Counted from the stretch's first letter, positions 33,457-49,199 are shown. The stretch is DNA of 64,000 nucleotides from the human T2T-CHM13v2.0 reference genome, Homo sapiens (GCF_009914755.1 NC_060933.1), one strand, 5' to 3'. Numbers and translations are program-made. The notes: generated by a model from the letters alone, not told the origin.

Positions 33457-33564
33457 TTTTTTTTTTTTTTTTTTTGAGACAGAGTCTTGCTCTGTCACCC
33501 AGGGTGGAGTGCAGTGGCACGATCTTGGCTTACTGCAACCTGTACCTCCCAGGTTCAAGCGACA
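33457..33564 (-). mobile_element. 5'-truncated Alu
   Basis: Long T-tract plus about 90 nt of Alu 3' end; GAATCTC on both flanks. Confidence 0.8.
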
Positions 33565-34068
33565 GAATCTCAATTTTATAATCATGACTCAACCTCACAT
33601 TTTGGGGGAACGTTAAATCTTCTACTGTTTGAGTATTTTAATTGAAATATATTTAAAACATTATGGAAATGTAAACAAGATCAGAGAGTATCTTCTATTT
33701 TTTGCCGTCTCTGTGTATGTTATTGGACATGATATGAGAAGCTTTATCTCAACGTTCCTGTGCCTAACAACCACTGTGGTAAACTAGTTAAAATGTAAAT
33801 TCCTGGGCCTTATCCTCTGAGATTTAACTCACAAATCTGATTTTTAATAAGCCCTATAAATCATTTTGATCTTTTGAGCAATACCGTTAAAGTGAAACAG
33901 AAACACTGAATCTTCCGTCTGTACGTTTCTGTTGCAAAATTCAGATGTCTTTCTCTTTTGATGTCTATAAATTTGCATTTAAACACTGAAGATTAAATTA
34001 AGTAAAAATCAAAGCATACTGCTTATACATATGTAGAATGTATTCATGCATAAAGACCTCAAGCCTAC

Positions 34069-34195
34069 CTTTGCCCAGTACCTAAATGCAATCACCAAAG
34101 GAACCAGCTTTGGTTCTAGTTTTCCAAGGGCAGTTAAATGCTTTGTTGTCAGACAAGCATTTTCATTTCCTGCGCTCACTTTACACAGAAGACCA
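34069..34195 (-). CDS. TUT7: TUT7 exon 9 (127 nt; GLLCKVSAGNENACLTTKHL...FRYWAK)
   Basis: accag|TGGT acceptor and AAG|gtaggc donor. Confidence 0.94.
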
Positions 34196-34490
34196 CTGGT
34201 GAGAGGTGGGGGAGGAGGATGGGAAAGAAAAAAAGAAAAAAGTGTTACACAGGTCTCAAAGTGTCTTTTATGCCAACAACTAATATACATGCATAATAAA
34301 TACTTCAAAAATAAAAAGCTTAAAAGTGAAAAAAACTACATCTTTATGAGTAATTTAATAAATTTTCTTTACAAAAAAGATATCGTGGCTATTTTCTGAG
34401 TAAACTTTATTTTTCGGATTAATAATTTTGTTTTCAAATATTATTTTTTGGGGGGAAATGCAAATAAGGAAAATATTATCAAATGTTTCG

Positions 34491-34772
34491 GGCCAGGCAT
34501 GGTGGCTCACGCCTGTAATCCCAGCACTTTGGGAGGCCAAGGCGGGCAGATCATGAGGTCAGGAGATCGAGACCATCCTGGGTGAAACCCTGACTCTACT
34601 AAAAATATAAAAAATTAGCCAGGCGTGGTGGTGGGCACCTGTACTCCCAACTACTCGGAAGTCTGAGGCAGGAGAATGGTGTGAACCCAGGAGGCGGAGG
34701 TTGCAATGAGCCAAGATTGCGCCACTGCACTCCAGCCTGGGCAACAGAGCGAGACTCCGTCTCAAAAAAAAA
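34491..34772 (+). mobile_element. Alu (AluSc/Y-like)
   Basis: Dimer with GAGATCGAGACCATCCTGG. Confidence 0.9.
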
Positions 34773-35281
34773 AGTTTCAAATGGGAGCATGATTCATCTC
34801 TGTAACAATAAAAGAGTGTTTTCCCAAGAGTTGGAGGAATGTACCTAATGAAGAATCATTACAGCCTATAAACCACCCATTTACAGTAGTGACAGTAATG
34901 CTTTCACACAGAGGCAGAGAGAGATAAACCAGAGAGGTCACACTGTTACTCAGCACTGCCATAAATGCTGCCAAAAAGGGTGGCAAAATACAGGTGATTA
35001 CAGCAAGTAACTATTTAATAAGGCTGTTTTTTAACGAGTTGAAATGGACCGAAATACTTCCTTGCTATATTTTTTCTTTTAAGTCATTTTATTATTTTTA
35101 AAATGAGATTTTCCCCTTTTACATCAAATGCCAAAAGTATAGGGAGAATGTTAGTAGGAACCATGTGTGATAACCAAATAAAAAGCTTATAATTCTAGAA
35201 ATTGGACATTAAGATGTAGTAAAGTACTTGTGCTTTTGGCAAGTTGAGAGTTAGTAAATAAACAGTTTAAAGAAATGAGAC

Positions 35282-35351
35282 CTTTGCTTTTCTCTGCACA
35301 CCACCACTGGCACCCTAGCATGGAAGTCTGCATCAACATCAATAAAGGAGT
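35282..35351 (-). CDS. TUT7: TUT7 exon 8 (70 nt; DSFIDVDADFHARVPVVVCREKQS)
   Basis: tcag|ACTCC acceptor and weak AAAG|gtctca donor; frame fits exons 7 and 9. Confidence 0.9.
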
Positions 35352-36247
35352 CTGAGGAAAGAAGAAGAAAAATATTAAGTTGGTTAATTAAAGCTTTGTT
35401 TAAAAGCAGAACCAGATAAAGTACAAGTACCAGTTGTCCCTTAGCTGTTGAGTCTTTTGAAAGACCACTACTAAATAATGCTCTGCAATGACTTGAAAAG
35501 GAAAAAATATTACATTCAAAAACCAAGTTATCACATTAGTGTAAAACCCTTAGTTTGTAAAGTGAATGTTTCATTATAAGTGACTACATCATTGGATCAG
35601 AAAATTCAAATGTTATATGGATAACAATTAGAAATATAGGTAATACATTTAAAAACAAAGTTGCTGTAAAAGCTACTAAAATATTCAGTGTCAAAATATG
35701 TATTGATCGAAGACAAAATTTAACCAAAACAAGGAGGATGGGGATGACTAATTCAAGAGATGACACAGTTTCATAAGGACTATGTAAAACACAAAGAGCC
35801 ATAAAGCCCCAAGCTGGACATTGTATTAGACAACTGATAAACCTAAATGGGCACCACTCTGTGGATTCATTAATTAGGGTTGGGTTACACCTATTCACTG
35901 TTGGTAAAATACTGATTTTAACCATTGATAAAAGCAGATTATCCTTCAGTTTTACCCTCAAGAGTACATTTTACATATTTTGCATTTCTTAGTCACATCT
36001 AGGACTCATTTAATCTTTATAAATAGTGATGATGTCATCAAGCTAAAAGCTTTACTTATGAAATGGTTATTCTGCATAGTAGAACTACTAACAGGACTCT
36101 AGTTAATAATTCATGGGCATTTGCTTTGGATATTACCCACATAAATAATTTTAAAAGCATGCCTTGCTATTTTCAAAGTTTGAGAAATAAGATAGATCCA
36201 AATTATAGACAACATAAAAATTTTTTAAATGTGGAATTTGGCCTTAC

Positions 36248-36299
36248 CACTGTTCTTTAAACATTCTTGAACAAGTAAGAGGACATCTGGCTGAGACAT
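36248..36299 (-). CDS. TUT7: TUT7 exon 7 (52 nt; MSQPDVLLLVQECLKNS)
   Basis: ctag|ATG acceptor and AGTG|gtaagg donor. Confidence 0.92.
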
Positions 36300-36679
36300 C
36301 TAGGAAATAAATCAATGAATACATGAAATTATTCCTAAGTGATTTTGCTTCACTGATATAAGAGTCATCCGAAGTTCCCCAAATTCCTTTCTAAATGAGA
36401 AATGCACATTGCTATCAAAGTAAAGAAATTACTCACTATGTTGTTTGCATATGTCAGTCAAAGACAGACAGATCAACACCAAATGAAGACAAATGTGGGC
36501 AAGAGACCTACTATACAACTAACTTCTGATTTAACTAATTATTGAGGTTAACCTGCCTCTCAGCAAGTCTCAAAGTGGTAGCTGGAAGTTTGTCAAACTG
36601 CTAACAATATTACCTTTCACTCTAATACCATTGCAACAGATAGCTTACTGGTCCCGGAGTCAGTCTTGCACTTCTTTTT

Positions 36680-37260
36680 AAAATCCTTGTTTCGCAATGG
36701 AGCCAGGGCCATTTAAAATCATAAACTGTATCCTTACAACTCTCAATGACTTCTTACTGCCCTTAGGTCAAAACCAAATTCTTTATTTACCATGGTCTAC
36801 ACAATTCGGCCAGTCAAGCCCAGCCTACCTAGCCATCCTAATCTCCTGCTCTTCTTTTTCTTGGTCCCTTCACCATACTTACACAACCTTTCTTTTAGCT
36901 CCTTGAATATGCCAAACTCTTTATTGATTTAGGGTATTTGCAAATGCTGCTCCCCCTGCCTGAAACTCTTTTCCCTCCCGTTTCCCCCTCTCCTGCAGGC
37001 TCCTTTTCGTCTTTTAGAACTCAGCTTAAATGTTCCCTCTTCAAAGAAGCCTTCATGACTGCTGTATCTCTGCCCAGACCTTGTCATTTTCTATCCCTGA
37101 ACCTTTACCTGCACAGCTCTCACTATAATTACAAGGTAATTACTAATCTCCTTTACTAGATGAGTTCCATAAAGAGGAACCATCTCTGTTTTGTCCTTTA
37201 TAACCTAGTATGTCTGCCATACAAATGGGATGAGTGAATATTTGCTAAATGAATTAATGA
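36680..37260. mobile_element. L2 fragment
   Basis: L2 3'-like text CTCAGCTTAAATGTTCCCTCTTC...ATATTTGCTAAATGAATTAATGA. Confidence 0.55.
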
Positions 37261-37419
37261 CACCGGATCAAAATAACTGCTATGGCTGGTAAATCACTGA
37301 TCAGAATTTAAGGTTAAAAAAACAGTCTATTGGGTAGCTTACCAGGTAGCTACAGCACTCAGGTTTAGCAAGAAGTAAGAGGTTGTAAAATAGAACCTCT
37401 GGGGCCCCAGAATCTGGAT

Positions 37420-37815
37420 TTTTTTTGAGAGAGGTGGGGCTGGCCAGGCTGTTCATGAACTCCTGGGCTCAAGTAACCCTCCAACCTCAGTCTCCCGAGT
37501 AGCTGGGATTAGAGGGTGAAGCCACTGCACCCAGCTCAGAATATGGATTTTTAACAAGCAACCCAAGTAACTGCAAACACATCATCTATAAACAGGCCTG
37601 TGGGAACTAACAGCAGAGAAATGGATAATCTACTAAAGTGCCTTTCAGTTTTTTGTTTTTTTAAGAGATAGGGTCTCACTATGTTGCCCAGGCTGGAATG
37701 CAGTGGCAATTCTCAAGTGCAGTCACAGCTAACTACAGCTTTGAACTTCTGGGCTCGTGATCCTCCCGCCTCAACCTCCAGAGTAGCTGGGACTACAGAA
37801 CTGTGCCGTGTCCAG
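37420..37815 (-). mobile_element. Two Alu monomers (FLAM/FAM-like; ~37420-37537 and ~37650-37815)
   Basis: Reverse-complement monomer sequences. Confidence 0.7.
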
Positions 37816-38320
37816 CTACACTCCAGTTTTAAAATTCTAACTCATCAACATACTTTTAAATCATGTTTAAACCAGAAATCCAGGCTAGGTGTGATTCTTT
37901 AAAAGCCTAATTATTTTAACAAAATAGGTATACAAAAAGAGGAAACTCCAGAGACAATTAAGCTTGCAGATCATAAATGTTTAAATATCTACACTTTAAA
38001 ATCTGAATTCCCTTTCTGCCACTGGAAAGTTGATTTTATCAAGAAAATTTACTCTTTTTAAGTAACAGAACCTAAACACCCCCATCAGGTGCACATGGTT
38101 GAAAAACCAGTGTTGGATGTATAAAAGATCTATAGACTAAAATAAGTATGAAAATTTGCAGAGTATTAAAAAAAAAAGCTCTGAAACTGAAGGCAAGCGG
38201 ATGCTGTCATTACACTTAAAATATCTTCAAATATCTAAAATATATTCATAGACAGTTTACATTTGTAAGAAAGAATTTCCATACCACTCTGAAAGTGCCA
38301 GCATTTCATTTTGTACTTAC

Positions 38321-38409
38321 AATGGCTGGAAACTGGATGTCAATGTTTACATCCGAATTTTTGAAACCCAATCTGCTACAGGATGACCCATATAATCTTA
38401 GGGAACAAT
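38321..38409 (-). CDS. TUT7: TUT7 exon 6 (89 nt; DCSLRLYGSSCSRLGFKNSDVNIDIQFPAI; degenerate NTase motif DxN)
   Basis: ttag|ATTG acceptor and ATT|gtaagt donor. Confidence 0.94.
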
Positions 38410-40222
38410 CTAAAAAATAAATAAATAAATAAAAGTAATAAATACAGTAGAATTTCTCAAAAGTTATAACAAAACACTGCTATTTCAGAAGCAGAACCAT
38501 CAATTAAAATTACACACAAAAGCAAACTTGTATTCAAGACTAGCATAAACAAAGGACAGAAATAGGTGGCTCTTTGCTCTTCACTTAATTTAATAGGGAA
38601 GGCTGCATCAACTATGATTTAGCTTAACAGCCACGCTTCATGTCAGTTGTAAAACGTCAAATTGCTACGTTATCATGTATTTTATGAATAAAATACTATT
38701 ATCTAAATATCACATTTTATGAAGAAAATACTATTTAAAATATTTTTTTAAATGTGCCAGTTGAAAAAGAATGTCTTTGTTTAAATTTATAAACCTGATA
38801 GTATATTCAAGAGCTAATGCAAACGTTTCTTTTCACCTTTTAGAATGCACCCATTGGTGTAATTTACTATAAGGAGGTTTTAGTAAAACAATAATAAAAA
38901 TAATCTTTTGACATATTTAATATGAATTTCTCATTATATTATGAACAAAAAGCGTTTGCTGTAACAAAATCCCAATAAACTTTTGAAAAATAATTACAAT
39001 ATCACTGACATAGGTAGCAGACACTTCACTCTTCAGAGGAAGATGTGTGTGTATATGAGTACTATCTATAGTATAGCATTTATTTTCAGTGTTTTACTAT
39101 GATGCCAAAATAGTATCCTTTCTCATCAGGGGTTGGTTTTCTTGTTTGTTTAAGGTTTGCTAAAATTCAAGTGATTTCTTTGGGTTTTAGCAGTTTTCCA
39201 CAACAAAGTACATTCATTTTTACATGAAATTTTACAGTAAAAATCATCAGAATTACAACTGACTTTTCAGGAAATACATGTATAATAAAATGAGATTATT
39301 TTCCCTTATTCTTATGAAAGTATATGCGTTACAAATACTATATGTATGATCTTTCAGTAGAACAAACAGTTTTAAGATTTATAAGGTGACAAATATAAAT
39401 AATGATTCCAACCCTAGCTGTGGATCAGAATCACTTGTCGAGCTTTGTAAAAATAGTTGTCCATGGCTTCACAGATAATTCTGATGCACAGCAAGAATTG
39501 AGAATGATGAAGCTATTCCAACCATTTACCTAAACAGCAATGGCCAGTGGGGGTTGGGGGATGATGTGGGGTGGGGTTTGTTGCCATCAAGGATTGACAG
39601 CAGTTGTGTCAGGCATTGAACATACCTGACCTTAAATTTTCATAGTAATACACTCCAAATAGTTGTGCCCCCTCCCCATCATGCCAAAGGTCTAAAGTTA
39701 AAAACAGGCAGAAGACAGACATAACTTGGAAAATCAATTCAACAGTGCACAAAATCCAATACAAATTTCTTAAAACTAGTTTTCAAAGTTCATTTTAGAT
39801 GCTGCAATTCTCTTAAGTACAGTTAAATAAAATCTTTTTTTTTTTTTTTGACATGAATAACCTGAAAATAACTTCAGGATACTTCTCTTGATTTTAACTC
39901 AAAATATGGTGTCAATTTAGATGAGCGGAAAGGGAAACATACATACACAAGAGTCCCACAGTGCCCCAATAATGCAGGGCATTCAACTTAAAGTTCACAC
40001 ACAGGGTAAAATTTATAATGGAAACAGGTTTATAATGACAATGCATATGAAAGTCCTTGTTACCTTAGGGAAAGCCAGGGAAAACAAAAAACAAAAAAAT
40101 AGAAAACACAAGAGCTTCATGACATGGTAAATAAATTTTTATTTGATGAAAATTACTATTGGTAGGAGAAATGAATGAGGTACTTTTAGGTAGTTAAATA
40201 GAAAAACAAATCTAGAAAATAC

Positions 40223-40400
40223 CTGGTAACTTGTGTTGGAACACATTTTCCATGATACGTTTAATTTCCAGCCTCTGTTCCAAGTTCTCATTGTGTAAGC
40301 CAAATTCCTGTACCACTTTGTCAATGGCAATGCCAACTGCATTTATCTGGGAGGGTGTTGGTGGGGGTAACGTAGTGAGCAACTCTTCCTCTTGCTTCTC
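40223..40400 (-). CDS. TUT7: TUT7 exon 5 (178 nt; EKQEEELLTTLPPPTPSQ...FQHKLP)
   Basis: taaaag|GAG acceptor and CCAG|gtatt donor. Confidence 0.92.
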
Positions 40401-40914
40401 CTTTTAAGATCAAATGTTGAGATTAAAAATGACTTACACATAGTTTTGACCTTCTACCACTCATGAAGACAACACCCTATAGAGTTTTCTTTTTCTTAGC
40501 CCTCCCTTCTCATTTTAGCTGTGTTAGTTTTCATCCTATCAAACATATACATACTTCCTTATGCACATAATGTGGATCAGTGGTAACAGAGGATAGGTGG
40601 GCATAAGGAGAAAGTGTAAGGAAAGAATATTAAAAACAGCACTTACAAACATTGTTTGCTTTAATACTAGTATAAGGACATATACCTGGGTCCTATCAAT
40701 GACTTCATATAACCTGATGCTGCCCTTAAGGAAATTCACAAGATTAACCAGTAAAATACATCTGACCAGTATTATGTATTTTGGCTCAAATATATTCAAT
40801 AAATAAAGCAGTAAAGTTATCAATATCATAGCCTTAAGGAGAAGAAAGCCACAAAGATGACAAGTAATAACAACTAACAAGTAAGCAGACTTGTTTGGGT
40901 TACATTCAATTTAC

Positions 40915-41031
40915 CTTAATGTTTTTCTTGTGCCTCTTTTCCTTGATATGCTTATGGGCAAATGCAATGGATTCAATTAAAACATCACAGAGTCTGCAGG
41001 TGTACTTTGCTGTAGGGTAGTTTCGTGGTCG
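40915..41031 (-). CDS. TUT7: TUT7 exon 4 (117 nt; C2H2/matrin-type zinc finger CRLC...HIKEKRH)
   Basis: ttatag|CGA acceptor and AAG|gtaaa donor. Confidence 0.94.
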
Positions 41032-41134
41032 CTATAATTTGAAGAGATTTATTTAGAGAGAGACATAAGTAAAACCAAACATTCAGATAAACAAAATCAG
41101 CCAGGAAATGATTTCCCCTTCAATTTCTTTTCTC

Positions 41135-41295
41135 TAAAGAGACAGGAGTCTCACTATGTTGCCCTGGCTGGAGTGAACTGGCTATTCACAGATACCATTA
41201 TAGCATACTACAGCCCCAAACTCCTGAGTTCAAGCAATCCTCCTGCCTCAACCTCACAAGTAACTGGGGCTACAGGCATGCCACTGTGCCTGGCT
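41135..41295 (-). mobile_element. Alu monomer (FAM-like)
   Basis: Reverse-complement monomer. Confidence 0.7.
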
Positions 41296-41544
41296 TCTTC
41301 TTCACTTTTAAAATTGCTACTGTTATTGTTCCCTTTATCACTACCCTAACAGTCATTTTAAGTATAATAGCAATGACTCCTAATCCTATTAAATCACACT
41401 GGACATCACTTTTAACTTGTAGTGCTTAAATACTGATAACCAAAGTAGGATATCTAATTGATCAGAGCATGCATACTCAATTAACAACAAAATTGAGGCT
41501 AAAACCAGGATTCTAACCAACAAATATATATATAAGGATGTTAC

Positions 41545-41726
41545 CCTTTTTAGCCTGTCAATGCAGTCTCTCTTCAGTCTCTCCTCAGCCTGCTGTAAGC
41601 CTAGCAGCTCCTTCGTTGAAAGTACAGACTCATCGATCACAGGGCCTTCCAAGTCTCCATCCTGCTCATTTTCCTCATTTCTAGTCTTCCGTGGCTTCCT
41701 AGGTCTGGACCTCTGCTTCTTGTTTT
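41545..41726 (-). CDS. TUT7: TUT7 exon 3 (182 nt; ENKKQRSRPRKPRK...CIDRLKR)
   Basis: cttaag|AAAAC acceptor and AGG|gtaac donor. Confidence 0.93.
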
Positions 41727-43715
41727 CTTAAGGTGGGGGAAAAATATTATTGGCAATATTAAATAATGCCACTCCTGAGTAAAAAGCAGACCTTACATAT
41801 GTATTAAATCATGTGAGAGAATAAATCACATCTGCATGCAGAGCAGAAGGAAAGGTAGCTGTCCTATGGACAAAATGCTTTAATACTGTATTCAGTGAGC
41901 ACATCACCTGTAGACATTAAGCCATAGAAATCATCTTTTTGGAAAATTTAAAAGAATTCTACTTCAATCATACAATTTGATTTTTATTATCTCTTCCTGG
42001 TATACTGCTGAGCATAGCAAAGCAACAGAAAAATTATACTCTGAAGGCAAGTATATCTATAATTCTATTATATTAAAATATTACAATACATATTGTAAAT
42101 ATATCTTACATATTCTATAATATCTGTAAGTACACCTGTTATTCTCATTAAAACCAGCCACATTTGCTTTCATCTTCTATAAGTGAACAATCTCAATAAG
42201 GCAAAATGCAAAATGTACCCCTGGACAACTCAGAAATCAACTATATACTCATCTGGAGTGAAAAATCATCATTTAGTTGCAAATTTAGCCATCAATAACA
42301 CCTAAGCCGGGTCCCTCCGTTAATATGAAGAAGTCCAAGCCAAAATTTTATTTACTAAGGACAACTATCTCTCATTTTACCTTTACCTTCATTTTAGCTT
42401 CTTTGAATGGCCTGTACACTGAGCATATTTCAAAGGAAAAAAACAACTGGCCATTGAAACAAAAGTTTTCTCTAAGTACATTTGTTTATAAACTCTGCTA
42501 TTAGTTCTATAATCCTTATAATGAATAAAAATCATCCTGTTCCTTTTTAAAACTTATAACTTTTCAACTTGTTAAAGTGATTGTGGGATTAAACCATAAA
42601 AAATTGTTTTAGATAGCTTTGATAACTTATATCGAGTTTTAAAAAATGAAACTATTAGTAACACATTAGTGCTTGGAAACATAAACCTACTGAAAAGCCC
42701 TACATGAAGTAATTCCTCCATCAAGTTTTCAGAGGAACTCATTACTACTAGTATGGCAATTACAATGAACTGGCAGGCTGAAAAGGAAATATAGGACCTC
42801 CAATTTTATAAAAAGCTTGCTGAGAGCGCTAAAGGATAAGCAGCAAGCATTGTGCTAAAACTACCTGAGATGACTATCTCAAAATTCTGCAAACACCTTC
42901 CACAATATAAGAAAATTAAAAAATTAAAAAAAATTAAAGTGTTGGAAAAGTAGTTTTAAAAAATCAATCAAAATACACTGAACAAATAAAATACTAAAAG
43001 GTAAGTTGTCATTTCAACAGAAAATCAGGCTACCTTGCGCTACCTTAATATTTCCTTTTTAATACTCCCCCGACTCCCAATTAAATTATCATAATCTTTT
43101 AAGGCCAGTATTTCTGGTCTGAACAATTTTTTTTTTTCAGATAAGCACTTCTTTTACTTAGAGATGTATCCATTCTCATTTAGTTTGCTTATCATTATAA
43201 ACATTATCAAAAAAACTGCATCTAACTTCAGTGTTTATTACAGGTTTCTTAGGCAAAAACTCTATAAATTTAAAATAATACTGCAATACCCTTTAGAAAA
43301 GCCCCTATTAGTTCACAAGCCAGTAAGTGATAGGGAACCGAATTCCTTTTTTAAACTCTTCCTCTCTTCTGGTCACAAAGGTTTCTCCATATAACCATAT
43401 TTGCTGTCATTTTCTAGAAAGAGTAACTTCTCTCTTCCTCCAAAGACCTCAATCAACTCCTACTGCTTTTATACAGAAGTGGATGGCTGCAGAAATTCTG
43501 TCAGATAATGGCAGCTACCATGATGGTGTATCTTATTATGCAACAGATGTAAAGCACTTTATATGTACTGCCTTATTTAATCCCTACAGCAATCCTGCTA
43601 ATACTGTCCCCATTGTACAGATGGGGACAATGCGAATCCAAGAGAATAACTTCTCCAAGAACACATGGCTAAATCAAAGTAAAGGGATTGAAAATATAGA
43701 TTAAAATATGGATGG

Positions 43716-44017
43716 GGCCAGGTGCAGTGGGTCATGCCTGTAATTCCCAGCACTTTGGGAGGGTAAGGTGGGAGGACTGCTTGAGCTCAGAAGTTCAAGA
43801 CCAGCCTGGACAACATAGTGAGATGTCATCTCTAGCAAAAATGAAAAAAATCAGCCAGCAAGATGACTCACTCCTGTGGTCCCAGCTACTCAGGAGGCTG
43901 AGACGGAAGGACTGCTTAAGCCCAGGAGGTGAGGCTGTGGTGAGTCATGATTGCGCCATTGCACTCCAGCCTGGGTGACAGAGTGAGACTCTGTCTAAAA
44001 AACAAACAAACAAAAAA
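43716..44017 (+). mobile_element. Alu (AluJ-like)
   Basis: Diverged dimer. Confidence 0.88.
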
Positions 44018-44079
44018 AGGATGAAATCCTGAAATTCAGCCTTCTAACTAACAACATAAAAACTGGAAAGAAATTACTA

Positions 44080-44728
<649 letters not shown>

Positions 44729-45295
44729 TTAAACTGGCAATCTAGGACATTTGAAGGCTAAAGTAGGGGCAGTAATGTAGAGCTGAAAAAAACAGAAGGT
44801 AGTACCGTATGTGGGGGGGAAAAAAGCAACTCCACCATAATTTCCATTATATCTTCTCACATTGTTGAATAATACCCTTCCTTATTAAGACACAATTTTG
44901 ATAAAGAAATTTCGATCTCTTTAATGAGATCCTTTTTAGTTTATACTTTCAGTTGAATCTCTCTAAACTAAATAATGTTATACCGAAGCTTAATGCTTCC
45001 TATATGAAGATTTTCAAGGGATAGAAACTGAATAATTCTTTACTTAATAACTGTGAAAGCATATACCTGTATGTCATACAGCAAAAACATGCAAACTTTT
45101 GAATTACCTCCAATAAAAAAATAGCAAAATGCATTTCCTATTCAAATACACTTAAAAGCAACTTCTTTAGTTGCTTTTATAAGAATACACATAAAATAAG
45201 AAAACATATAAAAGTTTTTGTGGTCAGCCAACAGTTCCTTTTAATGTCTAGTTGCAAATTTTTGATCTATAAACTTTCTTTTTAAAATGCTTTTC

Positions 45296-45612
<317 letters not shown>

Positions 45613-46096
45613 TCAAGATCAACTTCTACAAGACTATAGGTAACAAAATTAAATACCCACATCCCACCTGGACAGTAATACAGAAACACTTAAATATACA
45701 CAATTTTTAATAAAGAAAAACACAAATCAAAAGCCCAGAAATTATCAAGAAATATTCGGCTCCGCCGTCAGGATTTCAGGTCCAGCGAGGCTGAGTTAAT
45801 GGCCAGAGTAGCAGAGTCCCCAATTTTAGTTCTACTTCCTCATTTACCGCGCTGCATAAACAGGTCTGTGGAAATTTAACCTCTCTGAGCTGCAGCTGCC
45901 TGATTTGTAAAACTGTGATTCCATTTTTGATATATTACAACAGAGTACTGCATCAGATAATTCCTCAAGCTATTTCTAGCTTAAAGATTTAAGTTTTATG
46001 TCTCCCTACTACTTAACGCCTTTATAACACTTCATTCTGTTTCTGCTACTTGATATTAATATATACTCTTAATTTTCAAATTTAAAAATATCTGAG

Positions 46097-46798
<702 letters not shown>

Positions 46799-47925
46799 TC
46801 ATTTTTATCCTAAGACCTTGTAAAGATAAAAGACGACCTTTTGGCTTTTAAGTATTCTATACGCATGGGACACAAATTCAAACACCTTATAGGTAACCAG
46901 TGTATGAACTGGCCACTGTGAGATAACATGAAGAGAAAAGGCATCGGGTGATCTAGAAAGTGTCCATATTCCCTGAATGCATTTAAACTAAAAAAATTTA
47001 TTTAAAAGTGCTGGCCAGTTTGAAACACATTCTATACAACCACTAAAAAACGCTTTCAGCCACTAAACTTACAAGTCCATGTTTCCAACTGTGATATTGT
47101 TTCATTTTTTCCATCCAATTTGTGACTTTATTTCATTTCGGTATATATCTCCCATTAGATAAAAATAACCTTCCTGTTTGCAGAAATCGTTGCCACATGG
47201 ATAAAATCTACTTTTTACTTTTAGAAAAACATATTATCTCCTTATTATCCCTTTGGGGCAATTAACCAAGCATGTGAGGGCACCGAGAAATTAGTTTTGG
47301 TCTTACTGAAACCAAACAGCAAAGCTTGAATCTATTTCTGACTTTCTAAACTTGTTTCTCAACCTGTTTGTCACGATCCCTTTTGAAAAACAAAGATCTC
47401 AGATTATCCATCTCGGGACACTGACACTACATCCAAAAGATATATCTCTTGTGGCAGGAGATATACGCAGTGTATACTGTGTTTTTACATCAACAAATAA
47501 GTTTTTTTTTTAAAAAAAGCTTTATATTCTGTCATTTATATTATGAACACATTAATTATTCAAATACAAAATTATAATCACAATTTTGAAAACACACAAA
47601 CCACTGAGCAATTACGATATGGTCCCCTGGAGCATATAGCTACCCTCTTCTGTAAAAAACACGTTACAGAAAACATGTTTACTGACGTAAAGTGAGCCCT
47701 GGGGCAAAGTAAACTTTTAAAGGGATCAACATATGAAATGTGTTTTAGCTGCTCAAATATCATGATTACTATCCTTAAAATAATCACACTAAGTGACCAT
47801 TTCTTAAAACAGAAACTGTGAAAAACTGAAACTAAATTGCTGAAAATAACAAAACTCATTTGGATGAAAAAGAATAAAACATTGCTGACTCTGGGGTTGT
47901 GATCTGACAAGTTGGAAAACATTAC

Positions 47926-48445
47926 CAGGACTTCCTGCTTCCATTTCTGACGTGGTTTCTAGGCTTGTTAGGTCTTTATGAAACAGTCGTCTTACAGTTC
48001 TGCAGCCTCTTGTGTCTTGCCACCTATAACCATCTTCATTTTCTTGAAAGGAGTCTTTTCTTTGTCGGTTTATAACAGGAATTCTAGGTCCAGGTTTGAA
48101 TTCTCTCCAGTTGTCTGAATTACCAGTATGTTCATCAGACAGCCATCTCTTACTCTGATCTTTGTGGCTGTCATTCATCCAAGCGGGTTGACTGTAGATT
48201 GGGTTTTTAAATGCATATGGATTGCTGGAAACAGCACATGGTCCTTTTCTGGGGGTATTCCCATAGTTCCCTGGTGTTATCTTCTTTTTTTGAAGGCCCT
48301 TTTCCATTTTACTGCCATGGCCTTTAGCATGGTCATCTATTATTAAATAATCTTGTTGGGGGTGACCCCTTCTGAAGTCATCATCATCCATAGTCCCCCG
48401 GTCTTTAGTGCGCTTCACGAAATAAGGTTTTGCTGTATCTCCCAT
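47926..48445 (-). CDS. TUT7: TUT7 exon 2 coding part (520 nt from the ATG; the exon extends to 48476 with 31 nt of 5' UTR)
   Basis: ATG in strong Kozak context (ACCATGG); tcag| acceptor AG at 48477-48478; CCTG|gtaatg donor; ORF 47804..48460. Confidence 0.96.
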
Positions 48446-49199
48446 GGTCTTTGACTTCAATTTTCTTACTTTGCACCTGAAAGAAGGTATTTTGGGGAAA
48501 TATCAAACTATATAACAAGATATCATACAAGTATACAAAATAACAATTTATCGTACAGATGCCCCAAAGCCTGTAAGAAAGAAACTCCCTATTTTTTTAA
48601 AATAAAAATTCTATCACATTCTTAATAATCAGTGCTTTACCCTAGAGGTTGGGAGGCTTGGTCCTCTAATATTCTTCATGAAAATTAATACTTACTATTT
48701 AGCATGAAGATTAAATGTGTGAATAAGAGAAGCTCTATAGGTTCCAGAACTGTAGCATAGTAGAATATTACTCATATCAAGTATGGTCGGCTTTTCCCTC
48801 TGTAACAAGGCGTTTCTCTTCAAAGAAAACCTCATCCCAAGCCAATATTATTACTAAACTACCGAAACAGTCTTTTGTTTTTTAAGTTGGCAATTACTTG
48901 TAAGTGTTATACACCGAAACTTTACGTGAAAGGAGTACTACATTTCTCAACTCCAATTTTCCGTCCCTTCACCACCCCTATTCTGGACAGACCGGCTTTG
49001 AGCGCTTAGGTTACGGAGGGGCTGGGCTTCCGACCAAGGTGCAGCTGTAATTAAAGAGGCTGGGTTTCCGATCAAGGGACAACTCCATCTAACCTCCTCA
49101 ATCCCCGTTCTCCAACCCCAAACAAGTTTGGTTTTGTCAGGAACAGCAATTCCCTGAGGAATGACACTCCTCTTCAATCCCCATCTGACCGCTCCACCA

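Noticed and set aside
47804-47925. Extension of the exon 2 ORF into intron 2 as a short protein isoform
   Set aside because: A good donor at 47926/47925 continues the frame into exon 3, and I saw no convincing nearby poly(A) signal.
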